DNA from: Nemertoderma westbladi
Taxonomy: Eukaryota; Animalia; Xenacoelomorpha
Direction: 5' to 3'
Assembly: GCA_032718475.1 (NCBI GenBank)
Contig: JAUCBJ010000069.1
Span: forward strand, 1 to 64,000
DNA: 64,000 bases
Shown one piece after another: positions 18,878 to 31,440 of the stretch. Both the position numbers and the translations under genes were made by a program. Numbering within the stretch: position 1 is the stretch's first letter; each line of letters opens with the position of its first letter. The notes beneath the pieces are model-generated. The model ran no database searches and was not told where the DNA came from. It saw only the letters and a list, made by a program, of their open reading frames with translations.

Positions 18878-21800
18878 ATGTCTGACACTCAGCAAAACCT
18901 GTCAGACAGTCTAATCGATACAACCATCTGTGACACAGATAGGAGTGTGGAGCGATTAAGAAAGGAGTTCAGCTCACCTCCTACTGAAAGAAAGGTCATC
19001 CCTCCAGTAGAAGTATCAGACCCTAAGTTAATCCAACACCGTAGGTCTATCATCGGCACTCGGGCCCAAGTCAAACGGAACCAGGAAGCAGCTGTCCCAC
19101 AGCAGCAACAGCCTAGTCAAGAAACTTGTTCCCAGCGATCCGATAGCTCCAGTAATTCGGATACTGTCGAGCTGACCCCCGAACGCGGATTGCAGATGGC
19201 GGCTAAAGCCTACTCGGACCCCCTTCTCACCCTTCCTGCCGCAGTGCTAACTACTATATTGATGCGGTGGAGGAACATCAAGCCGATTGGGCGAGAAATA
19301 AGCGAGCGACCCAAGATAATTATGCGGGATACGCCAGGGAAGAATTGATGTCTATTGTCGAGTCACAATGGAACTTTCCCGGACCCGGACTCCCGTTAGA
19401 TCTGTCCGAGGCTACTTGGGAAGATATACACAGGATGGGAGTGGCTAAAGATACAATGGATCCAGCTGTTTGGAAGAGGTCGGCAGCAGGATATGTGCAG
19501 GGATTCTTCGGCTCCTTGGAGCGATTAGAAGAACAACTGTTTCGACAATCCCAAGGACCTCAAGAGCAGGAAGAGCTGCTATATCAAGTACGCGAAAGAA
19601 CCCTACGCATTAGATTAATCCTATCAGCCTTTGAGGAAACTTCCAAAAGAAGACAGGACACGTCGCTGCAGGTTGCTGTCAAAACTTGGTTCCAGCGGGT
19701 CGGTCTCAAAGTAAAAGAAACGGACCAGTGGAAATCCCAGCTGTCTGAGAGACTAACCTATGAAGAACCAACCGATGCCACTCTTTCTCAAGTGGAAGGT
19801 GAAGAGACCGCAGAGAGACCACGAACGAGAGACGCCATAGACATTTATCTGTCCGACTATCAGCGATTCCTAGGAGACGAAGAGTTGAGGAGACGGCTGT
19901 CTGGACTTTCCCCTAATAGTGAAGGAACCCAGCGTGTGTTAGACTCAATCGATGCTGAAATGTTAGCTGCTAACCAAGCTGAATTTGATGAAAAACTCCG
20001 CCTCACTAGAGTCCAAGAAGAACAAGTAAAGAAAAGACAGATTGAGGACCGAAAGGCGGCAGCAGTAGCAGCGGTAATGGCAGAAGCAGAAGTGGAAAGA
20101 AAGGCAGCAGCAGTAGCAGCGGTAATGGCAGAAGCAGAAGTGGAAAGAAAGGCAGCAGCAGTAGCAGCGGCAGCGGCAATGGCAGAAGCAGAAGTGGAAA
20201 GAAAGACAGCAGCAGTAGCAGCGGCAATGGCAGAAGCAGAAGTGGAAAGAAAGGCAGCGAAGGCAGTGGCAGAAGCAGAACGGAGAGCGTCTGAGGAGAC
20301 TACCCAACTGGAGTTGGAAAATCTGCAAGAGACGCAAGACAACATAAATAAACAGTTAACTGCTAGTCACATGCAGATGATGAGAAAATCTACTCCCAAA
20401 CGCCAGGGATACACATCATCGGAAGAAAGCGAAACCACCTATCCTGAAGGCGGAGGAAATAGATCTCGTCTAAGCAGGCGTAGAAAAACATCTCACCGTC
20501 ACAAATTGCCTGATTTGCCCCCAGCTGTTAGAAGACAACTAGCTAGCACAGACTTAAGTAGTATAGAACCTACAGACCAAATTATTAAGGTCAAAAGACT
20601 CCCTACTATAGTTGATGAGCCTGAAATAATTAGGCCTGTCATTCCCAAAGTCACCCCTGTGCTAGAAACTCCTGTACTTCCAGAGCTTAACTCTAAATTC
20701 CCTTTACATAGTACTACACTGCCTGTACCCGGTAGAACAGTCCATGAGAATATCCCTGTCCTGGAAGCTGAGAGAGAAATCAAAGATTTGTCTCCCGTCA
20801 TCCCGCGTCAGCCCGCTACAATGTTGGCGACTCCCGCTTCGGCGGTTGAGTGGGTAGAGGAGGGACGGCGGGGGATGAATCTCCTGCTCGGACAGATGCA
20901 GGAGACTGTCCACCAGCTTAAGGGAACAGTAAGGGAAGGTAGGGCAGAATTGCAAGAAGTGCAGCAAAGTATCGCACTGGAACGCGACAAATTAGTCAAT
21001 ATACAAAAGGGCATACCAATACCCCCTGTAACATTGTGTCAACCTGTTAGGTCTGAAGTATTACATGCGGAAGGTGTGGAGCCTACACGCATCTATACTG
21101 CTAGTGAAGTAGAAACTCCTATAGCAAACCCTATTAAGGGTGATTATAGACCTGTTATTAATGATATTCCCTATAGACCTGACAATGATCCGAGAAATTT
21201 ATATACCGATAATTCGATATTAAATAACACGATGGCCCAAGTAAGCTTTACGCGTCAGATGGCTAGAACAGAAGCCCGCCAAGCGGTCAAAGTGGGAGAG
21301 ATCGTTAAATTCAATGGAGATGAGATGAAATGGTTACCTTTCAATGAATATTACAAAGATAGCATACAGAACTCTGTACTATCTAACGGAGAGAAACTTA
21401 GGTTCCTCATCAAGTGCTTGGAAGGACCTCCCAAGTTAATGGCGTTAAAGTTTATTGGACATCCAGAAGGATTAAGACAAGTTTGGGATACATTAAACAT
21501 CAGGTATGGTAACAAGGATAACATAGCTAAGTATTTGTATGCCAAATTAGTAGCTCCCCGACACTTCCTTAGTAGCGGGATTATAGAGTTTTCCGATGAG
21601 ATTCAAGAGATCTGTAGACAATTGGATTGGTTAGGTAAGTCTCATGAATATCAGAGTTCCATGGTTATTGGAGCAGTAGTCTCTACTTTACCAAAGGGTG
21701 GAGTATGTACACGCTGGGACAAGAAAGTGTTGTACATGAATGAACAACAACGACGAAGCCCTACCATGGCTGATCTCATGTCCTTCTTAGATGGTGAGGT

Positions 21801-24800
21801 AAAACTACAACTCATCAAGCAGTCCAGAGAGAAAACATCGGAAAATAAGGTAAGTGAGAAACCCACTTCTAGGAGAAGAGTAACACCGGTGTGTTACACT
21901 GACGACGGCGAAAGCCAAGCTTCTCAAGAAGAGGATAGCGGGAAAGACACTGAGAGATCTTACTACGTTGACAAAACCTCAAAAGATGTAAGTAAATATA
22001 AGGCTCGAAACAACGATAGGAGAGAACAGGTTGCCAAGACCCCTCCTCAGTCTCCTAACAGAATGCACCGAAGAAAACCCGAAGAAAGAACGAGAGTGCA
22101 TCAAGTTACCCAAGGTAAAGTGAGTAACATAAAACCTAACTGTGCGCTGTACGACGGTACCCACCGTTTGAGTGCGTGTGCTGAATTTCTAAAGAAATCC
22201 CTTGTAGACAGACGTGCAGTCGTATGGGATAAGCGGTTATGCTATAATTGCCTCAGACCAGGACACCAACGGCGAACCTGTTACTCCGACATAAAGTGTG
22301 CAAAGTGTGGCGCGAAACATCACATCTTGTTACACAGTGAGTTCGAACGAGACAAACAGAGTCAGGTAAGTGAGCCCGAACTACATGTCCAATTCAGTGA
22401 TGTAAACGACACTGATCAAGAATCTGAGATGGAAGGATTCTATACTGACGAATTCTCCGACGCCAACGAATCCTGTTATCTAATCAATACCGCAGTGTAT
22501 CGAGCACTTACTTATGAAAAGGACACCAACAATGAGTTTCCCCCAACTACTTTTGCCAAACAACCATCTTGGAAAGTTCCAACTTCCAACGTAGGAATCA
22601 GAGAATTTCCTGTAGTGCAGGTAAGAGTTCACGGTCCTGACAAAAGTTACATAGTGAACGCCCTCCTTGACTCCGGCAGCACAGGAACATTCATCGATCA
22701 AGAACTAGCCGAAGATATCTTTGCTGGACAACCCAAATTCCGGACTAAATTGAATATGTCAGGAATTATGCAGGTTTGGAAATCTACCCTAACGGCAGAT
22801 TACTATGTAGGTGTGTTGTCCACCCCCCAGGATAAGTTAGGAGCACAAGGTATAAGGTCGGTAAAAATGGTGGCTATAAAGAACTTCGCTACTACTCAAG
22901 CAGACCTTTATAATTGGGACGAGGATGAGAGCATCCAACATCTTAAGATACCTCGATTCCAGACAGATTATCCTGGAGTGCAAATACTCATCGGCCAAAA
23001 CGCGCACGAGGCGCTCGAAACATTGGAGAAACGGCCTGCTCAACCGCAGCCACTGCAAACCTATGCGGTAAGAACTAGAGTAGGTTGGTACTTTACTGGC
23101 CCTTCCCGCAGGACTCTCGAAGAGAGAAGGCCACAAGAACGAGTATACCAGGTGAGTGATTGGAGCGAGGAGAGCAGTGAGGTGGATGAACTAACTGAGG
23201 AAACACCATACTCTTCAGATAATGACGACATCTACCAACTCTTCGATCAAGAGAACACCATCAACCTACTTACAGAAAACCAAACTTGGAAAAATCAGGT
23301 GAACCTATGTCAACTGATTCGCCCCTCGGAACCCATCGCATACAATGACGAACTAAACGATGAGATAGAGCGCTGCAACGCTAGAACTCGGGACGAACTA
23401 GCCGTACGATTCTTTACTCAAGAACTGGTAGAGCCCAATTCATATGATAAGGCCCTATCGATAGAAGAAGAAAGAGCCAAGCAAATCCAGGAAACAACTA
23501 CACGTTTTTTAAAGGAACAAGGTAGATATGAAATCGGCCTACCATTTCGAAAACGAGAACCTAGATTTGTAAATAACAGACCCTTGGCAGAGAAAAGAAT
23601 CGCTCAATTGCATCGACGCCTTACGGCTAATACTTCAGCTAAAGAAATGTACCAAACTCAGCTGAAGAAATTTATAACAAAGGGATACGCGGAGCGAGTA
23701 CCGGAAGGAACACCAGTGACTGAGAGAACGTATTACTTAACACATCATTACGTTCCCAAACCCGGTAAACCCCATGAAGTCCGAGTCGTATTCGATGGCT
23801 CTGCTCTATATATGGGCCAATCCCTCAATTCCGAGTTGTTACCCGGACCCAACTTACTCCAATCTTTGTTGGGAATACTTTTGAGATTAAGACAATATTC
23901 CATCGCGTTCGCCTCCGATATAGAAGGAATGTTCTTACAAGTCAAGGCGCTGGATAGAGATAGAGACAGCCTGAGATTTCTGTGGTGGCCTGAAGGAGAC
24001 CTCAATCAGAAACCGGTAGAGTACTGGATGACCATCCAGGCTTTTGGAATCATATCAAGCCCTTCCAACGCCTGCTCCGTGGTACGAACCACTGCGAATG
24101 ACAACCGAGACTCCTTCTCAAAAGAGGTGATAGACAACATCAAACGGAATATATACATGGACGACAATTTAAGGTCCCTTCCATCAGTAGAAGAAGCCAT
24201 AGATGTCGCGAAAGGAACGGTAGAGTGTTTGAAAAGAGGTGGATTTCGACTGACGAAATTCACCAGCAACTCCCGTGAGTTTCTGGAAGCGATACCGGTA
24301 GAAGACCGCGGAGCGAAAGACCTAGACTTAATAAAGGACGATCTTCCTGAAACCAAGACGCTTGGCTTGAAGTGGGACACTGAAAGAGACATCCTGTTTT
24401 TTCAGCTCAAACAGCGAGATAATCCAGTTCGGACCAAACGGATTTGTTTAAGTATCCTGAGCACTTATTTCGACCCATTGGGATTTATTAGCCCAGTTAT
24501 ATTGATTGCTCGGAGTTTAGTACAACAAATGTGGCTTGAAAACCACTCATGGGACGATCCGCTTAAGGGAGAATTGTTAAAGAAATGGATGAAATGGGAA
24601 GATTCTCTACCTGCCATCGAGAACTTTATAATTTCCCGTACATACTTTGGCCATGTTCTTCCTACGTATTCCTATCAACTCCATGTGTTTGGAGACGCCA
24701 GCGATATGGGAATAGGTATAGTAGCATATCTGCGAGTCGAAACCCCGGATGGAATCAAAGTCGCCTTGGTTACCTCTAAGGCATTGATTAACAACAAGTT

Positions 24801-27039
24801 AAAGGTTCCTCGAGCGGAGTTAAAGGCGGCTTTATACGCTACAGCCATCGGCCGGAACGTAACGGAACAAATCGATTACCCACTGGAGAAAACGGTTTAT
24901 TGGACCGACGCTTTACTCGTGTTGGAGTATCTAACCAATGAAGTCTGTCAGTTCAGCGTTTTTGTTACTAACAGGGTAGCTATTATTCTTAGTCGCACAA
25001 AGATAGATCAATGGAGACATTGCCCTGGTACGATTAAGCCAGCCGATGTCGCCTCCAGGGGAGCAACTCCACAGGAACTGATAGATACTCCAGATTGGTT
25101 GGGTGGACCCGACTTCCTGAGCAAGGAAGAGGATGAATGGCCTCCTCACCTTACTACGGCAGAGATTAGACAAGCCAAGGGAGCGGAGACAGTCAAACCT
25201 AAAATCCGGGCGAGTAAATCGAAGTTATTTAAACCGACTATCGATCTATCTGTATTACATACTTCCGGGAATGATGCTTCGGATCCACAATCCCTCAACA
25301 CAAATAGGTCTGTTGTGGAAATTAGATATAGAGATTGGAAATCTGGAATACCAGACGTCTCGCAAGGAATCTCACCCATGCTGCAGAGAGCAATGCATCA
25401 TTACAGTTCCTGGAATCGGCTTTGTAAAGCCGTCACATATTTAAGACGATGTTTTCATCATCACTACTCCAGGACGAAGACCACTAGTGATAACGCTCCA
25501 TTGACATCTGCACAAGTTCATGTTATTAAAAATTTACCCAAATATAAGACATCTGACCGTTTTCTAAAGGAGAAAATTAGTCACCAGGAGCATGAAGAAA
25601 CCAATAAGCAGATACTGAGACTCCTGCAATGCTATGAGGATTCCGAAAAGTATTTCCTGTTGTTGAGAAATCCGCAGATGCGCTTAAGGGATCGATTCTC
25701 GAGCACAATGATAGATGGGCTAATACGTGTTGGAGGAAGACTCACCAATGCGCCCTTATCCTTTGACACCAAATTCCCCATACTTATTAGAAATCTTGAA
25801 GTACAAATCAAGATGATTGTAGATGTTCACAGTAAACTTTATCATGCTGGTAGAGAACGAGTTCTTAGCGAAATTCGAACTCGCTATTATTTTGATAAAC
25901 CCCGTAGAGCTCTGAACCAAGTTCTTAGGAACTGCATACCCTGTAGGAAAGCATTCAGTAGGCCTTTAACACAGCGAGAGGCAGAATTACCTAGGGAACG
26001 AGTAAGCTTCTATGAACCACCTTTTACTAATACTGGTGTAGATTTATTTGGCCCTATTGAAGTATATCGTGCGAGGACTATAGTCAAGAGATGGTGTGTC
26101 ATCTTCGTGTGCATGACTTGTAGAGCCATCCATCTCGATATGGTGAACGATCTATCTACCAACAGCTTCGTCTTAAGTTTACGACGACAGATCGCTCGCT
26201 TCGGGACGAGTAATACCATGAGATCGGATAAGGGAACGAACTTCATTGGTGCCAACAACGAAATACAGGCTTACGTGAAGGACTGGAACCAAAGACAGGT
26301 GGACGACCAGCTAAGGATAACAGCATCTAGCTGGACCTTCAACGCCGCCGACGCCCCTTGGTGGGGAGGAAGTTGGGAGAGATTAATTAGAAGTGTTAAG
26401 ACCGCATTTCACTTTATAGTGCCATGCCGCGCGTATCTCACCGACGAACTTTTGCGGACGTTAATGGAGGAAATAGCTGCCTATCTCAACGAGAGACCGC
26501 TTATGCCAGTCTCATCGAGTCCAGATTCCCTGGAAGCTCTAACACCCGCGCATTTCCTACTGAAGAAACCTGTAGCCATGCTCCCACGATCGGAGATTGC
26601 CGACGGAGACGAATACTGCCGTCGAACTTGGCAACTTATGCAGTTGCTATCCCGTCGTTTCGCTGACCATTTCGAGAAACATTATCTGCCCACGCTACAA
26701 CTTCGAACTAAGTGGTTTGCGCAGCAAGAAAACGTCAGCGCCGGAGATATGGTGCTTATTGTAGATCCAGACCTCCCACGTAAACGGTGGCAGACAGGTC
26801 GTATCATCGAGACCCACATCTCGGATGATGGTTTAGTACGCTCGGTAGAACTCATCGTCATGCGGCGTAACTTCAAAAAGCCAGGCATAATCTTTGAGAC
26901 GCAACAACTCAATCGCCCAGTTGGTCGTTTATGTTTACTGGAAAGAGACAGAGAACTCTCTGGAAACTATGGAAGGCAAGACACTCTTCCCACGACCACC
27001 TCCCTAATTCCTCAAACATCTAGGGACTCCCCAACGTGA
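18878..27039 (+). CDS. BEL/Pao Gag-Pol polyprotein, interrupted by one frameshift at about 19207-19266
   Basis: ATG at 18878 (frame A to 19348). Frame B is open from 19207 to TGA at 27039. Motifs: Gag KFNGDEMKWLPF (DUF1759-like), Zn knuckles LCYNCLRPGH...CAKCGAKHHILLH, protease LLDSGS, RT RVVFDGS/GPNL/DIEGMF/YMDD, RNase H FGDAS/PRAELKA/WTDA, integrase H-H-C-C, DLFGP, SDKGTNF, GGSWERL, C-terminal DUF5641-like region. Confidence 0.95.
20050..20285 (+). repeat. 45-51-bp coding repeat in Gag (RKAAAVAAVMAEAEVE, about 5 copies)
   Basis: GCAATGGCAGAAGCAGAAGTGGAAAGAAAG units. Explains the poly-Cys and poly-Leu antisense ORFs. Confidence 0.9.
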
Positions 27040-27587
27040 TACGTCTGGAGTGGGTGTATGACTATATTGTTTTATCTATTTTATTATATTTTTATATGCG
27101 AACTTTATTATGTACTTTATTATAATCGTTTTTATTCAATTATATTTAGTAGAATGTTGTTTTAGTGATTATTTAGTAGATTAGTGCGATATATTAGTGT
27201 TTATTACGTACGTAATTACTTATAATATACATTTAGTGCGACGGCGAGAAAATAATTATTTTTCTCTTTCCTTACTGTCCGTATCATATTGTAAATACGT
27301 GACTACAGTAAGATGAAATGTCCGTACTTAGTAAAGTACAATAAAGCCACTACTATATTCAAGTATTATTGGTAGGCAGAGTATTAGGAATGCAAAGTTC
27401 AGATCCTCGTGTCTCGGCTAAACCAAGCTCTGGGTAGACCTTGGAAACGACTTGCCTCTTCACACTGACATTGCTTCGTGCGATATTGCTCTTCTACCTT
27501 ATATTAAATAATATATATAGTAGCGTGATGTCCCTCTAACAGTAGCGTAAAACGCAAATAAATCTGTTAAACCTTTTGACCATCTGT

Positions 27588-27850
27588 AATTCTAGTCGAT
27601 TAAGATATCGCGGCACCCACCGATATACTTGAAAGACAAATTCTAGAATCAGTGGTTAATGTCCCCAGACAAGTTCTGGAATAAATCGGTGCCCATCTTA
27701 AATATTAATTTAATATTTAGTAAAATCTGTAAAATTCAGATCCTTTAAATTTCTAGTCAATTAAGATATCGCAGCACTTACCGATACGCTTAAAAGACAA
27801 TTGTCATAGAATTAAGGATCCTATGTCCCCAGACATGCTCTGGAATAAAA
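27588..27850 (+). repeat. Diverged direct duplication (about 100 bp conserved, period about 160 bp) in the post-pol region
   Basis: TTCTAGTC.ATTAAGATATCGC.GCAC...CCGATA...AAAGACAA...ATGTCCCCAGAC...CTGGAATAAA occurs twice. Confidence 0.8.
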
Positions 27851-28668
27851 ATTGTGTCAATTTTAACATCAAATAATAAAATTCACGGGAATAAATTTAA
27901 ATTCATACTTTAAATGAATTTCATAAATTGTCGTTTTGTGCAATTTATAACATTCCCAAAATTCCATTAATTAATAGATCATGGGAGCGGAGATTCATCC
28001 TATTGAGTGTATTAGAGTGCGAGAATCTCCGACATATAGTCAATAGCCAATAAAATTAATAAAATCATGTATAAAGAGGATATTGACAATTAAAGAATTA
28101 CTATTAAATAGCATTCCAGATCTGTATGCATGAGAATTACCCTAATTCTACCGCTAGCTTTCCATAATGTCACCATAGCAACACCCACGCTAGAATTAGA
28201 AGCAAGTTAAAAGAACAATAGAAAGCTTGTCCCATTGCATAGCATAGAGAATACATAGCACACTGTTAGTATCCAAGGATACACAGTAATAACGTGACAT
28301 TCTGGAAGGCACTGACTAACGGACAAATGGCCTGTATGTGTACAATTGGTGACAGTTGTGTGGAATTTGTGCGTTTATAGGTGAATGTTACTGCTAAAGT
28401 ATGTTTACAGTAGCTAGTCGCAATTGTGAAAGTAACCCAACTCTCCTATAGAAAGAACCTAAAGTGGATTCAAGCCTTTGGGACGGACAGTGGAGTGACT
28501 TGTGCCAGTTATCGTTGTCGTGCTGTTGCTACATGTTGGCGTAAACACCGCGACGACGGTACATCGGCGCTGAGAATCCCACTGTCCGGGGGTAAAGAGA
28601 GGTAGGCAGCGACGCCCGCTCGCCTAAACCTAAACTCATTACAATATTAATAAACTCAGATAGCAGAT

Positions 28669-30122
28669 ATGACGGAGTTGATAGAAGATGATCTTGGTAT
28701 CAGGGAGCGATATACTCTACCTTTACAAGCATTTGTGGATAGCTTGATACGCGGTGAAGCCGATCCACCCATTACTGAGGACGATGGTCGTTATATCGAA
28801 CCGCCGATTCCCAAGAGCAACTTACGCGTGAATTGGACTATCTAAAATTCACCGCTCGCTATGCGCATCGTAATGGTACGTATATGGACTTCCTAACTAC
28901 CGGCCATCCTATCGATTTACATGATACGGACGATGTAGACACCGAAAGGGAAATGGTTCTATTTAAATATCATACCCAGCGGCGTCGTAACGATAAACCG
29001 AGAATAGATCACGAAAATTCTATTCGTAACAGACTGGGAAGACGAACCAATATGCCTAGAATCTGAGGAGATTCAGCCTATCGCGCCCGGAACAGCGACA
29101 ACGATTACATCCTAGAATGGTATCAAGGTCCACAGTGTCTCACTGCGTACGATTATCGCCATGCCAACTATGTTTCTCGGCAACGTTGTCGGTTATGCGC
29201 ATCGAGAGACCATGTTACGCCCATGGACACAAACGTCCGCTGTTCCTATTTCCACGAACAACCGGCGATGGAAATTTATTGCGCGTATTGCAGACTCAAT
29301 AACTTGCACATTTTTGCGGTTTGCCCTCAATTTATGACTCAATGACACCATTGTCAACAAAAGGGACGCGCCAGTTTCGATTGCCCTTTTTAATCACGAT
29401 TTGGATGAATTAGCTTAGATGAAATGATCACACTACGTTACATCAGAGCTTGGGAAGCGAACGCTGATTTACATTGTGATTCGCGCCATCGTTATTATCC
29501 TGGACGCGCTTACGAAGGAGTTTATGCGTTCCATCCTTATCTATTCGCTTCTGTCGAACAGAAATCACGCATATCGAGTTACGAACTACTGAAGCGCGTC
29601 GGAGAATGTATTTCAACCAAGTTCGTACGCAAATTTCTCAGGAGTGTTAATCCTAGCGACCTTCATTCCTATAACCTAATCAATTATATCCGTCAGGATC
29701 CGGACTATGGAGACTTATTTGTTAACTCACACCCCGAGTTACAGGAAGTATATCGACGGCCTTACGAATACCGAGCCCGCGAACGCGAGTTGGAAAGAAC
29801 CATTAAACCCCGGAGGTTTCTAACTGCCTATGGTCCACCCACGGCCCTCGTTCAGACCACTCGTAAAGGACCCGTAAGAGCGGCTGTCTTGAAACGAGCT
29901 CTCAAAGCCGTTAGACCTCTCTCCCCTGACGATGATGTCAATCAACCCGGTACTTCGACTGGCGGATACACCGACCATAATCCTACACCCTCTGATGCAA
30001 TCATATTGCACCCTTCACCCAGGAGTTATAGCCCTCCTTGTAAAGTGGCTCGCCCCAAAGAGAAAAGGACTCTGGCTAGCTTTAAAAAACTGCGTAAACG
30101 CCGTCCGCGCAAGAAAGACTAA
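28669..30122 (+). pseudogene. Accessory ORF of the BEL/Pao element: about 480-aa protein with three CCHC-type zinc knuckles and a basic C-terminal NLS-like tail, disrupted
   Basis: ATG at 28669, a frameshift near 28800-28830, then one frame (shared by track ORFs 28833 and 29424) with stops at 29064, 29343, 29391 and 29406. It reads CRLCASRDHVTPMDTNVRC...CAYCRLNNLHIFAVCP...(*)HHCQQKG(R)ASFDCP and ends KKLRKRRPRKKD. Confidence 0.7.
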
Positions 30123-30190
30123 CTGTTTAGAGTATTTATGTATATTAGAAACTGTGATTTTGTATATTTTATAGACTCAAATCCCATTTT

Positions 30191-30200
30191 CTGGGAGTGG
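30191..30200 (+). other. Polypurine tract (PPT) before the 3' LTR
   Basis: CTGGGAGTGG directly abuts TGTAAAAGC at 30201. Confidence 0.7.
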
Positions 30201-31440
30201 TGTAAAAGCTTCTGTGGGATATAACTGGCCCCTTTGCTTCGCAATCCAGTTTCCCCCCAGGCGCTGGAATACTCTAAAAGGTTCTCTAACTGTATATATA
30301 TTCCCCTCGCCAGCAAGGTACCGTTACAGGTGTTTTAACGGACATAAAAGTCATTCTTCTATATACGTGCTTTGGCGGACATGGTAAGGCAAAAAACCCG
30401 CAATGCACCAAATACCTTTACACGGCTTGGCCTTGATGATTCAGATTGCGACATCTAGCAGCTGGTTGCTGGCATGGAAACAGCCATTGGACGCATGGTT
30501 CTTTGTTTGGCTTGAGCCAATCAGAGCGATTTTTTCTGTCGACGTGTAGATATTCGGCCGATCATACTAGGAGTGTTCAGTCTTACTGTTTTTTGGTGAT
30601 ACTGTTGTGTTATTGCTATCTAGGCCAGGAACACCGGCTCTAGAGTCAATTCACTTTAGAAGAAACATTAGTAGGCTTCAGATTATAGAGCGTATAACTG
30701 TTATCAGTGCATATCACGGTCCAGTCATACAGTGTTACCATCTTAGCCTACCGTCTTAATGCTATTTACTGTTGTGTTTTGGTTGAATATTATTATTTGG
30801 AGAACATTTATAAAGAACCCAAATTTCCTAATTTTCTTGATACACTACAGGTTAGAGAGACGGGTTATATATAGCGATTGCGACTTATATTGTTGTGGTT
30901 TGTAGTGAATTTAATGCTATTTGGTAAGCACTACATGAGTCCGTTGCTGCTCTCTTTATATATGATAAAATTCATTGACGGTCGGCAAATTAGTGAGAAG
31001 TATTATGTGTTACTGGTAGTGTGCCTGATTGTGATTGATAACTAAGCATTTCCTAAAGAATGCGCCTCATACGTGAATCATAAGCCTTACCGACTTACCG
31101 TTGTGATTAGTATAAGTCATATCTCTGTTTACCTAGATAGAGCGCCACGTCCTAAAGGAACTGTTAATATTTCCCGAAAGTGAATAATATTAGTCAGAAA
31201 TTATTTATTAACGATCAATCGAATAATACAGTAAGCTTACACTGCAATAATAATCTAAGCCCTCAGAATCCAGTCTCCCGGGTATATCCAGCGGGTGAAT
31301 GGACGCGCACTAGGCTGGCTTCTGCTAATGTTGTGTTTATTGGTATTAAATATTTGTCAACTTCTAAAGTCTATTTGTAAACCAAAAGACATATAAATTT
31401 TGGCAGGTTAAACTGCTGAAGGTCTTCAAAAGCGCGTACA
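30201..31440 (+). repeat. 3' LTR (1240 bp)
   Basis: Direct repeat of 15388-16645 with scattered substitutions, small indels and one non-homologous block; ends GCGCGTACA at 31440. Confidence 0.93.

Larger units (their letters stand above)
15388..31440 (+). mobile_element. Full-length BEL/Pao LTR retrotransposon, about 16.05 kb
   Basis: Two direct LTRs (TGTA...TACA), gag-PR-RT-RH-IN polyprotein with BEL/Pao signatures, purine-rich tract before the 3' LTR. Confidence 0.95.

Noticed and set aside
19860-20345. Cys-rich, Leu-rich and Ala-rich minus-strand ORFs (metallothionein-like appearance)
   Set aside because: Antisense translations of the GCA-rich Gag repeat.
28300-28610. Possible env remnant (hydrophobic LVPVIVVVLLLHVGV stretch)
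   Set aside because: Very short, bounded by stops, with no start codon or downstream glycoprotein-like frame.
30707-30770. Origin of the 53-bp satellite from the 53-nt LTR cassette (shared CACGG, ATACA and adjacent TGCTATTTA)
   Set aside because: Matches are short and gapped; compatible with chance.
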